Shown here piece by piece: positions 1 to 8,233 of a stretch of DNA of 64,000 nucleotides. The translations under genes and the position numbers were made by a program. A model generated the notes under the pieces. The model was given only the letters and a program-made list of their open reading frames with translations, did no database searches and was not told the DNA's origin. Position 1 is the first letter of the stretch. Every line of letters starts with the position of its first letter. This DNA is from Limisphaerales bacterium (GTDB taxonomy: Bacteria; Verrucomicrobiota; Verrucomicrobiia; Limisphaerales; AAA164-E04). The stretch lies in assembly GCA_965204945.1 (NCBI GenBank), contig OZ242022.1:3629788-3693787 (forward strand). Direction: 5' to 3'.

Positions 1-1204
1 ATTCGTCGGGTTCGACGTCGGTGTCTCCCAAGATAGGAATGTCGATAGTTCGGGTGAGGTAGGTGGTGTAGGCGGGAAAGGTGATTGTGCCGCTGGTTGC
101 CGTGTAGTCTTCGCCGGCAGTGGCTGTGCCGTCTTGCGTGACGTAGTCCACGGAGACGTCTTTGGTGGGAACGCCGTTCACTAATAATTGGATATTGAGA
201 GCGGCGTTGGTTGGGCCTTCATCGCCTTCGAGAACGGAAAGAACAGGAGAATGCGCAAAATGGAAGCTCAGTTCAGAAGGATCGTCCAGTCTCTCCCTAG
301 AATACTGTAAGATACCGATAGTGGCGGCAATCGCTTTGCCAGTGGAGCGATTGGTGACAACGAAACGAAAATATTCTTTGGATTCGGATACGTCGTCGTC
401 TAGGATGGGAACGTAAATGACTTGCGTCCAATTCGTCGTGCCGGCGGGAAAGGTGATTGTGCCGCTGGTTGACGTATAGTCTTCGCCGGCGATTGCCGTG
501 TGGTCTTCCGTAGCGTAGTCGAGGACAAGATCTTTGCTTGGAGGTTCAATTCGCCCATTAATTATAGGCAATTGAACATCGACTCTGGCGGTTGTGTCAG
601 CTAATTCGTAAAGGGAGACACTATACTGGCCCGAATTATAGTATCCCCAAAATCCATGATGATACCAAAACACACGGAGAGTATAAGTCCCCGGCTCCAC
701 ATGAGCTTCCATAATCATAGTTTCAAAGGAGTCGTACTCATTTATACTGTGATTGGAATTAACGATTATTTCCCCAGAGCTATCCACCAAGTAGCCTTTG
801 ATGGGGGCGCGGCTGCCTCTAATCTGCAAAAGCATGGGGCGGTCGACCGTGATTGAATATGAATGATACGTCCCTTCCCTTAATGGTGGTGGGGAATTCC
901 ATCGTGTATAGAAAAGATCGACATACATCTGGCTACTGGCTAGAGATTCCTCGCGAGAAAAGGATCCAGAATGAGTTGCAAGCGTAAATCTCCTTTTCAC
1001 TCCCTCACGAATCCATATTACGGCGTTGGTGGTTTGTGGATAGGAAACAGGATTATCAAGGGAAAAAGGAGACCCAAAAAAGATTGAATCCGTCTCTTCT
1101 TGTTGTGCGCTTTGCACCGCGGACGTTTGTTGCCCCCAAACCAGGGGTATTCCGACGGCCAAAATCAAAACCAATAAAAGGGTCCAGCTAATTGTCTTTT
1201 TCAT
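1..1204 (-). CDS. Secreted Calx-beta repeat surface protein (5' part; runs off window start)
   Basis: Manually translated open frame from ATG at 1204: signal peptide MKKTISWTLLLVLILAVGIPLVWGQ, a beta-rich domain (VEPGTYTLRV), then Calx-beta motifs (LDYATEDHTAIAGEDYTSTSGTITF; VDYVTQDGTATAGEDYTATSGTITF...IPILGDTDVEPDE). Absent from ORF track because no stop lies in the window. Confidence 0.9.
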   Translation of the reverse strand, partial: MKKTISWTLLLVLILAVGIPLVWGQQTSAVQSAQQEETDSIFFGSPFSLDNPVSYPQTTNAVIWIREGVKRRFTLATHSGSFSREESLASSQMYVDLFYTRWNSPPPLREGTYHSYSITVDRPMLLQIRGSRAPIKGYLVDSSGEIIVNSNHSINEYDSFETMIMEAHVEPGTYTLRVFWYHHGFWGYYNSGQYSVSLYELADTTARVDVQLPIINGRIEPPSKDLVLDYATEDHTAIAGEDYTSTSGTITFPAGTTNWTQVIYVPILDDDVSESKEYFRFVVTNRSTGKAIAATIGILQYSRERLDDPSELSFHFAHSPVLSVLEGDEGPTNAALNIQLLVNGVPTKDVSVDYVTQDGTATAGEDYTATSGTITFPAYTTYLTRTIDIPILGDTDVEPDE

Positions 1205-1266
1205 CGTCTGCAATAATGTTCGATACCGTTTAATGTCTTCGTGTCTCAGAAAAGTCAAATTCTAGT

Positions 1267-1677
1267 TTATTTAAGCGGCGTTAGGCGGAGGAATCGTTGG
1301 TTTCTCTCCGCTTTCGGCAAAATTATGGTCAATCGGTCTTGGCCGTCTCCGTTGTCTTCCCGAATTATTTTGACTTCATTCTCCGGCAGCGGCTTCCAAG
1401 TTTCTCCCAAAAGATCGGGCGTTTCCTCGATTCCGAACTCTTCGACAGCGGGAACGGCGAACACGAATCGAACGCCGCCGTCCGGCAGAGGCTCGGCAAA
1501 AATCAATCGGCTCTCCCCTTCTCTGATGCCGATGGATGAGCCGGCCAAATCCGCTTGGTTTGTGCTGGAAGTTGCCGAAGGTTGAAAGCTTTGCGGCTGC
1601 GGCAACGGCCCGCCAGAAACCGGCGGCGCCTCGGCCTTCGCAATTCCATTGCTTGAAGTTGATTCCATAAAAGTCAT
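1267..1677 (-). CDS. Small stand-alone 'RFLRL' domain protein, paralog of 39081-39491
   Basis: 136 aa; C-terminal ~75 aa clearly align with 39081-39491 (SRLIFAE.L..GGVRFVF.VPA...GIEET.DL.GETW.PLPE.EV.I.RE....GQD.LTIILP......RFLRLTP). Confidence 0.8.
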   Translation of the reverse strand: MTFMESTSSNGIAKAEAPPVSGGPLPQPQSFQPSATSSTNQADLAGSSIGIREGESRLIFAEPLPDGGVRFVFAVPAVEEFGIEETPDLLGETWKPLPENEVKIIREDNGDGQDRLTIILPKAERNQRFLRLTPLK

Positions 1678-1931
1678 TGGATTTTCTCGTCCAATCTGTT
1701 CTTGTCAACAAAATTAACATACTTAAATTACCCCAGTCAAATGTTTCAACGAATTTAATTCCTCTTCGAAATGAAGAAATATAGCGTTTTTTTGCCAAGC
1801 GCGGAATCTTTTTCCCCGAATTTTTTATTTTTCTTCCAGATTTCTTAAAAGACAAATTGTTTTGATTTTCGGGTGGAATGCCGAAGGCAATGCGTCTTTC
1901 AGAGAGAGTCTCGTGGCGATGCTCAGAACGA

Positions 1932-1945
1932 GGGGGGGGGGGGGG
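1932..1945 (+). repeat. G14 homopolymer in divergent intergenic region
   Basis: 14 consecutive G, followed by CAAGG and TTGACT at 1951-1956. Confidence 0.95.
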
Positions 1946-2209
1946 CAAGGTTGACTTGAGCAATCCTTGACCGGCTTCTGAACCGCTAAAAACGAGTTCG
2001 TTTTCATAATTTTCCCAGACACGAAGGCTATCTTCTTCGATTCAATTTTGGAATGCAAGATTTTTTTTGATGGTTCTTTTGTCCGTCCGCGCGCGCGGGG
2101 GGAAGAGGATGGTTGCGTTTGGGAGGAGAGGGAGGAACTTTTTCTTGCCGATTGTTTCGATTTTTTTGAAGATGCGCTTTTGGGGAGATTCTTTTTTGTT
2201 GATTGAAAG

Positions 2210-2764
2210 ATGGCGGATTTTGACAAAGTTCCTATTCCTGAAGAGTTTTGGTCGTTTGCGGATGGGCGGCCGTTTCGGGCTTGCGTGGTTTGCGGCGAGG
2301 GTTTGTGGGCGGACGGCGGGCGGTTTTATGTGGTTGAGAAAGTTTACAGCGAGGGCGAGGTTGTTTTTGAGTATGCCGTTTGCTTTTCTTGTCAGCGGCG
2401 GTTGGAGGCGGAGCTTTCGCAACAATCGGTTAAGTTGATTGCGCATTATTTTGACGAGCATGTGGATTGGGCGCAGATTCGCGGGATTGGAGAGTTGTCG
2501 TCTTCTGGCGAGGGCGCTGCTTTGTCTGGGTTGTCTCGTTGTCTTATTACTGGGAAGCGGGCTTTTGAGTGCAAGGAGTATCATATTTTGGCGGTGTGTT
2601 TTGGAGAAAATCTTCTGGCGAGTCCGTTTCTGATTGGCGACGAGGCTGTTGAAAGCATTCAAAAGCTTGTTTCCCGGAAGACTAGGGAGCGGCTGGATGG
2701 TTTTGTGGAGGAGTTCCTCGGCTTGCCTCCGGCGGTGAAGAATCCTTTGCCGTGTTTTGGTTAG
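2210..2764 (+). CDS. Hypothetical Cys-rich (putative Zn-binding) protein
   Basis: 184 aa ORF with CVVC and CFSC pairs plus further Cys; directly upstream of hemC. Confidence 0.75.
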   Translation: MADFDKVPIPEEFWSFADGRPFRACVVCGEGLWADGGRFYVVEKVYSEGEVVFEYAVCFSCQRRLEAELSQQSVKLIAHYFDEHVDWAQIRGIGELSSSGEGAALSGLSRCLITGKRAFECKEYHILAVCFGENLLASPFLIGDEAVESIQKLVSRKTRERLDGFVEEFLGLPPAVKNPLPCFG

Positions 2765-2789
2765 GGCGCGCTGGTTTGTTAGGGGGCGA

Positions 2790-3803
2790 ATGTCTTTGAA
2801 GATTCCGAATCGTCCGTTGCGTCTTGCGACTCGGGGTTCTGCTTTGGCGCTTGCTCAGGCGCATTGGGTTCGGGGTTGTTTGCAAAGTTTGCTGCCGGGT
2901 TTGCGGGTTGAGGTTCGGGTTTTTAAGACGGAGGGAGATTGGTTGCAAGGCAAGGCGCAAAATGAAATTTCCGTTTCTCTTCCCAAAGGCTTGTTCACGA
3001 AAGAGTTGGAGAACACTCTTTTGGAAGGCGAAGCGGATTTGGCCGTTCATAGTCTCAAGGATTTGCCAATTGATCTGCCGGACGGTCTTTGTCTTGCGGC
3101 GGTTGCGCCGCGGGAAGATGCGCGGGATGTGTTGCTTACTAATCGGCCGATTGCGGCGGATGGCAATCCGTTGTGTTCTTTGCCGCCGGGCGCCGCCGTT
3201 GGGACGGGAAGTTCGCGGCGGCGGGCTTTTCTTTTGGCGGCGGGATTGAAGTTGCGAGTGGTGTCTTTACGGGGCAATGTGCCGACGAGAATTCGCAAGC
3301 TGGCGGATTCTTCGGATTTAGACGGCATTCTCCTTGCCGCTGCCGGCTTGGAGCGTTTGGGTTACGTTTTGCGAGAAGATCAAGCCGTTGAAGGCAAGGG
3401 CGTTCCGCCAAACATTTTTGCCGCGCTTTTGCCCGTGAGGCATGTCGTTCCCTGCGCCGCACAAGGCGCCGTTGGATTGGAAGCCCGCTTGGAAGATTCG
3501 GCAACGCAGTCTATTTGTCGGCTTTTCAACGACGTTGATTCTCAAATCTGCGTGGAGGCCGAGCGGAGGTTTTTGCAAGCAATGGGCGGCGGTTGCCAAT
3601 CGCCTTTGGCCGCTTATGGTCAACTTGTAGAATCTTCGCTTCGCCTGATGGTTGCCAAGCCGTTGGGCGGAGGCATCAAAATCCTGGAAGGAACAGCTGG
3701 ACGGAATGAAGGAGAGAGGCTGGCTATGGAACTTGCGGCCAAGATGCAATCCGCTTCGCAGGGAGAAACCACAAAAGAGGCTCGGTTGCCTTCAAAATTG
3801 TGA
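2790..3803 (+). CDS. hemC: Hydroxymethylbilane synthase (porphobilinogen deaminase)
   Basis: Motifs LATRGSALALAQA, KGLFTKELE, AVHSLKD, GTGSSRR, LRGNVPTR, GGGCQSP. Start at ATG 2790 preferred over GTG 2757. Confidence 0.97.
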   Translation: MSLKIPNRPLRLATRGSALALAQAHWVRGCLQSLLPGLRVEVRVFKTEGDWLQGKAQNEISVSLPKGLFTKELENTLLEGEADLAVHSLKDLPIDLPDGLCLAAVAPREDARDVLLTNRPIAADGNPLCSLPPGAAVGTGSSRRRAFLLAAGLKLRVVSLRGNVPTRIRKLADSSDLDGILLAAAGLERLGYVLREDQAVEGKGVPPNIFAALLPVRHVVPCAAQGAVGLEARLEDSATQSICRLFNDVDSQICVEAERRFLQAMGGGCQSPLAAYGQLVESSLRLMVAKPLGGGIKILEGTAGRNEGERLAMELAAKMQSASQGETTKEARLPSKL

Positions 3804-3895
3804 TTGTCTTGGCGGGGAAATTCAGGCATAATTTCAAATTCTTGACCTGCGAAGAAAAATCAGGTTCAATGCTCGTCCGGAACCAAGAATTTTTT

Positions 3896-5194
3896 ATGAA
3901 GCCGATTGCAAACATTCTTAAAACTTGTCTGGCCGTCGCACTGGCCAACTCCCTCGCTCTCGCCGCTGAAAACGACGACGCCATCGCCAAGATCAAAGAA
4001 TTTGGCGGCCAAGTTTTGGGCATTGCTCAAAATACGGAAGGCGTCCGAGTCTTGATCCCGCCGAAAACTTTCGAGGGGCGCGTTCTGACGGACGACGACT
4101 TGGCCGTCTTGAAAGACCTAAATCCAGTGATCGAACTGGACTTGAAGAACGCCGGCATTACGGACGCCGGCCTGAAACACCTTTCGCCATTGACCCAGCT
4201 GGAACGGTTGCACTTGGAAAAAACCAAAGTGACCGACGCCGGACTGGTCGATCTCAAAGGATTGACCAAGCTCAAGTATCTCAATCTTTACGGCACCGGA
4301 GTTAGCGACGCCGGCTTGGAACATTTAAAAGGACTCGGCGACCTTCGGAATCTCTACCTCTGGCAAACGAAGGTCACCTTCGAGGCCGCTCAAAAGTTCC
4401 ATGAAGCGGCCGCGGCCGCCGGCAACGAAAACCTGGAAATCAATCTTGGATGGGAAAAAGAGATTCTCAGCAAAACCCGCCTCGCCGCGCTCAAGGCGCA
4501 ACGCGAAAAACTGGAAACCGAAGCCGACAAAACGGATCCGGCCAAAGTGGCCGTCGTGGAGGATCCAGACTTCAAAACCCATATTTTGCCGATCTTCCAA
4601 AACCACTGCGTGCAGTGCCACGGCGAAGAAAAGCAAAAAGAAGCGCTTCGCTTGGACAGCTACGAGTATGCCGTGAAAGGAAGCGAACACGGGGCGGTCG
4701 TCGTGGCGGAGGACTTGATCGAAAGCACGCTTTTCCAACGAATTACTCTGCCCAAAGACGACGACGACATCATGCCGCCCAAAGACGGACCGCTCTCGAA
4801 AGACGAAATCGCCCTGATTAAAAACTGGATCGCCAACGGAGCGAAGGCCGAAGCGGAAGTCAAACCGGCCGCGGCGCCAAAGATTGCCGAGAAAAAACCA
4901 GAGGGGAGCAGTGTGTTTGTCGAATACGTCCTTCCCATTTTCCAATCCACCTGCGTCGATTGCCACGGCGAAGAAAAACAAAAGGCCGGCCTGAGACTGG
5001 ATTCCATCGCCGCCGTTCTCAAAGGAGGCAAAGAAGGCGCCGTAGTCGCCGCCGGCAAACCCGAAGAAAGTCCTCTGTATCAGAGAATCATCCTTCCTAA
5101 AGACGACGACGACATCATGCCGCCGAAGGGCGATCCCTTGAACAAAGCGCAGACCGACTTGATCAAACTCTGGATCGCCAGCGGAGCCAAGTAA
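3896..5194 (+). CDS. Secreted LRR plus two planctomycete-type c-type cytochrome domains
   Basis: Signal peptide; RI-like LRRs (LHLEKTKVTDAGL, LNLYGTGVSDAGL); two CxxCH sites (CVQCH, CVDCH), each followed by LRLDS...MPPK. Confidence 0.9.
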   Translation: MKPIANILKTCLAVALANSLALAAENDDAIAKIKEFGGQVLGIAQNTEGVRVLIPPKTFEGRVLTDDDLAVLKDLNPVIELDLKNAGITDAGLKHLSPLTQLERLHLEKTKVTDAGLVDLKGLTKLKYLNLYGTGVSDAGLEHLKGLGDLRNLYLWQTKVTFEAAQKFHEAAAAAGNENLEINLGWEKEILSKTRLAALKAQREKLETEADKTDPAKVAVVEDPDFKTHILPIFQNHCVQCHGEEKQKEALRLDSYEYAVKGSEHGAVVVAEDLIESTLFQRITLPKDDDDIMPPKDGPLSKDEIALIKNWIANGAKAEAEVKPAAAPKIAEKKPEGSSVFVEYVLPIFQSTCVDCHGEEKQKAGLRLDSIAAVLKGGKEGAVVAAGKPEESPLYQRIILPKDDDDIMPPKGDPLNKAQTDLIKLWIASGAK

Positions 5195-5276
5195 GCGCGG
5201 CTTCCTAAAAACCTTTGCGGACAAAGCCAAACTCCGTTGTTATACAAGTTCTCAAAAAAAAACAGCGTCAAAGTAG

Positions 5277-5304
5277 TTGACTTGCCGAAGAAAATGGCTA
5301 TTTT
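5277..5304 (+). promoter_or_regulatory. Putative sigma70 promoter of rplM
   Basis: TTGACT-16 bp-TATTTT, about 30 bp upstream of the rplM ATG. Confidence 0.45.
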
Positions 5305-5333
5305 AGTTGCGCTTTTTGTTTGCGAAAATGTTC

Positions 5334-5768
5334 ATGAAAACACATCTGCCAAAAATTGACGTTCAAAAACGCGTGTGGCACGTCATTGACGCCGACGGCC
5401 TCGTTCTCGGCCGCTTGGCAGCCAAAATCGCCAACGTTCTGCGCGGGAAAAACAAACCCGTTTTTACGCCTCATTTGGACGCCGGAGACTTCGTCGTCGT
5501 CGTGAACGCTGAAAAAGTCAAACTGACCGGAAACAAAAACGAACAAAAGATTTACTCCTCCTACTCCGGCTGGCGAGGCGGCCAAAAACGCCGAACCGTT
5601 AAAGACTTGCGGGCCAAGCACCCCGACAGAATCATCACTCACGCCGTCAAAGGAATGATTCCCAAAAACCGACTGGGAAAGAGGCTGCTGACCAAACTTA
5701 AAGTTTACGCGGGACCCAAACACCCCCATGCCGCTCAACATCCCTCTCCGCTGACGCTAAACATATAA
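5334..5768 (+). CDS. rplM: 50S ribosomal protein L13
   Basis: WHVIDADGLVLGRLAAKIA, FTPHLDAGDFVVVVNAEKV, KLKVYAGPKHPHAAQ. Confidence 0.98.
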   Translation: MKTHLPKIDVQKRVWHVIDADGLVLGRLAAKIANVLRGKNKPVFTPHLDAGDFVVVVNAEKVKLTGNKNEQKIYSSYSGWRGGQKRRTVKDLRAKHPDRIITHAVKGMIPKNRLGKRLLTKLKVYAGPKHPHAAQHPSPLTLNI

Positions 5769-5783
5769 AAGAAGAATCTTTCT

Positions 5784-6731
5784 ATGGAATCAGAAAAACC
5801 AATCATCCGCCTTCAAACAGGCCAAAAAGATCATCTCCAAATCGTTCCCTCCTGCGGGGATAATGTTCCTATCGGCATGCTCTCTCTCCAAGAAACGCAA
5901 GCTCTCGACCTTTGGCAAGATGCCGGAATCCACCTTTGGTTGAGGCAGCCTCTCGAAAACGGCCGCCATTTGATCGGCGAGATAAACAAACAAGGCGATG
6001 CCGCTTCAAGCCATCCAGAATACAGAGAATTACCCGAAGGCAAGCAACCTTTTGCGGACAATCCCAACTATCAAGGAGGCATTCGCTTTGATTCCGTGAA
6101 ATCCGCAGTCCAATATCTGACGCGCTACTTTGCAGTGGAATTATGCCCTCCCCTATCTTGGAAAGACCTTGGTTTAGAGATGCCCGCCTACCTTTCCTCT
6201 ACATCCCTCCATTTAGAAAATCCGGCGGAGACTCCAGCCCAAACCCAACCCGAAGAAGAAAAAATCGAAGATTCTACACCGTTGCCTCGCGCAAAGGAAC
6301 AAGAATCGGAAGAGCCGGAAGAAAACCAGCGGGTATTGTCCTTGACGAGCGAACATACAGCCACCGGTCGCCGCAAAACCGCTGTGGCTCAAGTTCGAAT
6401 TGCCTCCGGCGATGGAAAAATCACCGTCAACGGCCGGGCTTTTGAGAATTACTTCCCCCTAAAAGCCCATCAAAAAATCGCCATTCATCCACTCTATCTA
6501 GTCAATGTTTCCGAGCATCTCGACGTCTGCATCAAAGTTCGAGGCGGCGGCCTCTCCGGCCAAGCCGAGGCAACTCGACACGGCATTTCCCGCGCTTTGC
6601 TTAAGATTGACGCCGACTTACGCCCTCGCCTTAAGTCCGAAGGCTTGCTCACCCGCGACCCACGCATGAAAGAGCGCAAAAAATACGGACAACCCGGCGC
6701 CCGGCGCCGCTTCCAATACAGCAAACGATAA
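5784..6731 (+). CDS. rpsI: 30S ribosomal protein S9 with ~186-aa N-terminal extension
   Basis: C-terminal ~129 aa are canonical S9 (TGRRKTAVA, GGGLSGQAEA, LLTRDPRMKERKKYG, RRRFQYSKR); frame is open from ATG 15 bp after the rplM stop. Confidence 0.93.
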   Translation: MESEKPIIRLQTGQKDHLQIVPSCGDNVPIGMLSLQETQALDLWQDAGIHLWLRQPLENGRHLIGEINKQGDAASSHPEYRELPEGKQPFADNPNYQGGIRFDSVKSAVQYLTRYFAVELCPPLSWKDLGLEMPAYLSSTSLHLENPAETPAQTQPEEEKIEDSTPLPRAKEQESEEPEENQRVLSLTSEHTATGRRKTAVAQVRIASGDGKITVNGRAFENYFPLKAHQKIAIHPLYLVNVSEHLDVCIKVRGGGLSGQAEATRHGISRALLKIDADLRPRLKSEGLLTRDPRMKERKKYGQPGARRRFQYSKR

Positions 6732-6904
6732 GGAAATCATCTGCCAGAACGCCGATTTTCGAACGGAGAAAACGCAAACTTGGCGAAATGAAAGATTGAA
6801 AGTTTTCCCGTTTCCCTGAAAAAAATCGCTCGCCCGTTGTTCCAGCCAATCGCCGCTGTCCGCTTGGACAAAACATGGTCGTTCGGAAAAGGAGATAAAA
6901 TTAT

Positions 6905-6938
6905 TTGTCGTTTTACTGTGTATATCCTATATTCACAG
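6905..6938 (+). promoter_or_regulatory. Promoter with overlapping palindromic GntR (YtrA-type) operator
   Basis: TTGTCG(6905)-17 bp-TATATT(6928); inverted repeat CTGTGTATAT-CCT-ATATTCACAG (6916-6938, 9/10 pairing) covers the -10. Confidence 0.65.
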
Positions 6939-6944
6939 AAGGCT

Positions 6945-7367
6945 ATGGCGCAAAACGACAACGTTGCCGTAAAGATCGGGCCGATTTCCCCGGCGGGTTC
7001 AGGACCGCTCTACCAACAAATTATCGCTGGATTCAAACGAGAAATTGGAGACAACCGTCTCTCGGAAGGCGCTCCGCTGCCCTCGTTTCGATTGATGGCC
7101 AAACAACTCTTGGTGAGTGTCATCACCGTCAAACGCGCTTACGAAGAACTGGAACAGGAAGGCATCGTCTACCGTTGCCAAGGGCTTGGCACCTTTGTCG
7201 CCGCAGACGGCCGTAACCGCATCCGCGCCAGCAAACAAAAACGCGCCAAGTCTTTCATTCAATCCGGCATCAGGGAGGCTAACGAGTCTGGATTAAGCCT
7301 CGAAGAAACCAAGAAATGGATTGACCAAACCGTCACTGAAACCTTCCACCGCAATCCGCAATTATGA
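6945..7367 (+). CDS. GntR family transcriptional regulator (YtrA subfamily)
   Basis: PLYQQI...LPSFR.MA..L.VS.ITVKRAYEELE.EG......G.GTFV; short C-terminal domain; precedes ABC genes. Confidence 0.93.
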   Translation: MAQNDNVAVKIGPISPAGSGPLYQQIIAGFKREIGDNRLSEGAPLPSFRLMAKQLLVSVITVKRAYEELEQEGIVYRCQGLGTFVAADGRNRIRASKQKRAKSFIQSGIREANESGLSLEETKKWIDQTVTETFHRNPQL

Positions 7368-8230
7368 ACCATTCAAACGCCATTGAAATCCGCCAACTCG
7401 CCAAACGTTTCCCTCAATTCCAACTCGGCCCGCTGGATATGACCGTTCCGGCCGACGCGGTTTACGGTTTTATCGGCCCCAACGGATCGGGAAAAACAAC
7501 CACCTTAGACCTTATGTTCGGCATGGGTTTTCGAGATTCCGGCAGCATTCGAATTCTCGGCCTCGATCACCAGCGAGACGAAGTTGCGGTCAAGCAACAA
7601 ACCGCTTACATGAGCCCTGAATTGGACTATGACTCTTGGGGAAATGTGAAGCGAGCCGTCCTCTTCATTCGCGGCTTTTACGACAACTGGGATCAAGCCT
7701 ATTGCGACGACTTGCTCGCGCGTTTCAAGATCGAACCAACAGCTAAAATTTCCTCCCTCTCTTTTGGCAACAAGGTAAAACTTTCCTTAGTTCTCGCCCT
7801 TGCCCGCCGTCCCAAAGTGATTGTTCTCGACGAGCCGACCGTCGGCATCGACGCTCTTTCCAAACGAGAACTCTTCGCCCAACTACTTTCCCTGATGAGC
7901 GGCAGCGGGCGCACCGTCCTGATTTCCTCGCACAGCCTCGCCGACTTGGAGCGCTTTGCCGATCACATCGGCGTGATTGACGAAGGCCGGATGATTTTGG
8001 AAGGGCGAATCGACAAAATCTTGGAATCTTGGCGCCACGTTGACTTCAACCTTGCCGACGAACCGCCGCCAAACGCCCGCATTGTGGATCGAGACGGCAA
8101 TCGCTTCCGGATGTTGACCAACTCGGCAAGCCAATACAAACAACTTTTGCTGAGCCGAGGCGCAGACCATATCTCCGTCCACCCCGTAACTTTGGAAGAA
8201 CTGCTCGTTGGCCTTGTAAAAGGAAAATAA
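7364..8230 (+). CDS. ABC transporter ATP-binding protein (YtrB-like)
   Basis: Walker A GPNGSGKTT, signature LSFG, Walker B IVLDEP, H-loop ISSH; ATGA overlap with the regulator. Confidence 0.95.
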   Translation: MNHSNAIEIRQLAKRFPQFQLGPLDMTVPADAVYGFIGPNGSGKTTTLDLMFGMGFRDSGSIRILGLDHQRDEVAVKQQTAYMSPELDYDSWGNVKRAVLFIRGFYDNWDQAYCDDLLARFKIEPTAKISSLSFGNKVKLSLVLALARRPKVIVLDEPTVGIDALSKRELFAQLLSLMSGSGRTVLISSHSLADLERFADHIGVIDEGRMILEGRIDKILESWRHVDFNLADEPPPNARIVDRDGNRFRMLTNSASQYKQLLLSRGADHISVHPVTLEELLVGLVKGK

Positions 8231-8233
8231 ACT

